From Macrostomum lignano (Eukaryota), in assembly GCA_002269645.1 (NCBI GenBank), contig NIVC01001296.1:93319-157318 (forward strand): 64,000 bases of DNA. The letters run 5' to 3'. This document shows, piece after piece, positions 63,181 to 64,000 of this stretch (positions are counted from its first letter, which is position 1; each line of letters starts with the position of its first letter). The position numbers and the translations under genes were made by a program. Under the pieces are notes generated by a model. It saw only the letters and a program-made list of their open reading frames with translations. It did no database searches and was not told the origin of the DNA.

Positions 63181-64000
63181 AAGCTACAAGGATGCATGCA
63201 AATTTGGCAACAAACAAATTCGACAACAGAAATTTAACATGGACAAATTTGGCGAAAGCAAATTCGGCAACAAGTTTTATATATCCAAATATACTAAATG
63301 TTTTACCCCAACACAATGAAGTCAAAACAATTATTATCTTAAGTACAAGTGTAGCTATATGCAGATTGTCAATTCAATAATAAATACTTGTGTACAATTG
63401 TACACTCTCTGCCCTAATGAGCAATCAATTCATCTACCCCAAAAATTCTATATAATGCACTTGTACAGTCAAGTTTGGTATATACTGTAAAGTAATTGCC
63501 AGAAATGCTAGGTGCGCTGTATGCTAAGATATAGCCAAGAATCTTTTGGTGGTGGATTGGATTGAGTGATTTATTGATTGCCTTTGTTAACAGCACATAC
63601 ACATCATAAACTTAAGTATGAGATATTGATACTACTGCTGTGTGTATACATTATTTCTATTTCTGTGGCAGAGGTTCCTTAAGACCCTAGCCACTAAATT
63701 GGCCTTATAAGAGTGGCTATAAACAGCCATACAGTGGATGCATCAAGCAAAAATGGCCACACTACATGTACATGTATGTCCTTGTGCAAACAAGCAGTTT
63801 GGAATAGGCAGCATGGCCTACAATGTGATGTATGTCGCCTATGTGTGCATTGCATCTGTTTAAAAGGACAACATCATATAATTGCTTGTGATTATCAGTA
63901 TCTAAGAGGGCAGACATCTTTTGACTGGTGCTGTCAAGTCTGTGACCCACAGTTTAAGTATGCGGTCGACCTGCAAGCTGCCATCGAGCAGCCACCAGAT

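Noticed and set aside
60574-63950. Short ORFs in AT-rich DNA
   Set aside because: They are of chance length with no coding-like composition.

Overview
Repeat-rich metazoan (invertebrate) genomic DNA with GC-rich exons in AT-rich spacers and GT-AG introns filled with minisatellites. A Macrostomum-like flatworm is my guess from sequence style only. Host genes: an apolipoprotein-L-like exon (882-1499); an adjacent single-ORF 296-aa protein with a possible His/Cys protease-like motif pair (2926-3816); a 3-exon two-SH3 + coiled-coil CIN85/CD2AP-like adaptor (32160-34246); a 3-exon TMEM196/MS4A-like gene (38056-39504); a 3-exon MFS/SLC16-like transporter with an apparent 1-nt frameshift (47543-41319, minus); a 2-exon orphan multi-TM gene (51251-52680); and a 1285-aa low-complexity, probably nuclear protein (60240-56383, minus). 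Mobile DNA: a 14-kb head-to-tail chain of six non-autonomous Helitron-like units with non-canonical 3' ends and internal GA tracts (8564-22563); a 5'-truncated RTE-like LINE inserted with a 10-bp TSD into an older relative (23195-25056); a Mutator-like element with 191-bp TIRs and a 9-bp TSD (26533-28678); a decayed Gypsy gag between LTR-like repeats; a hAT MITE; and a foldback element with an 8-bp TSD in an intron. No rRNA, tRNA or CRISPR array was recognised. All family assignments come from motif recall, not database searches.
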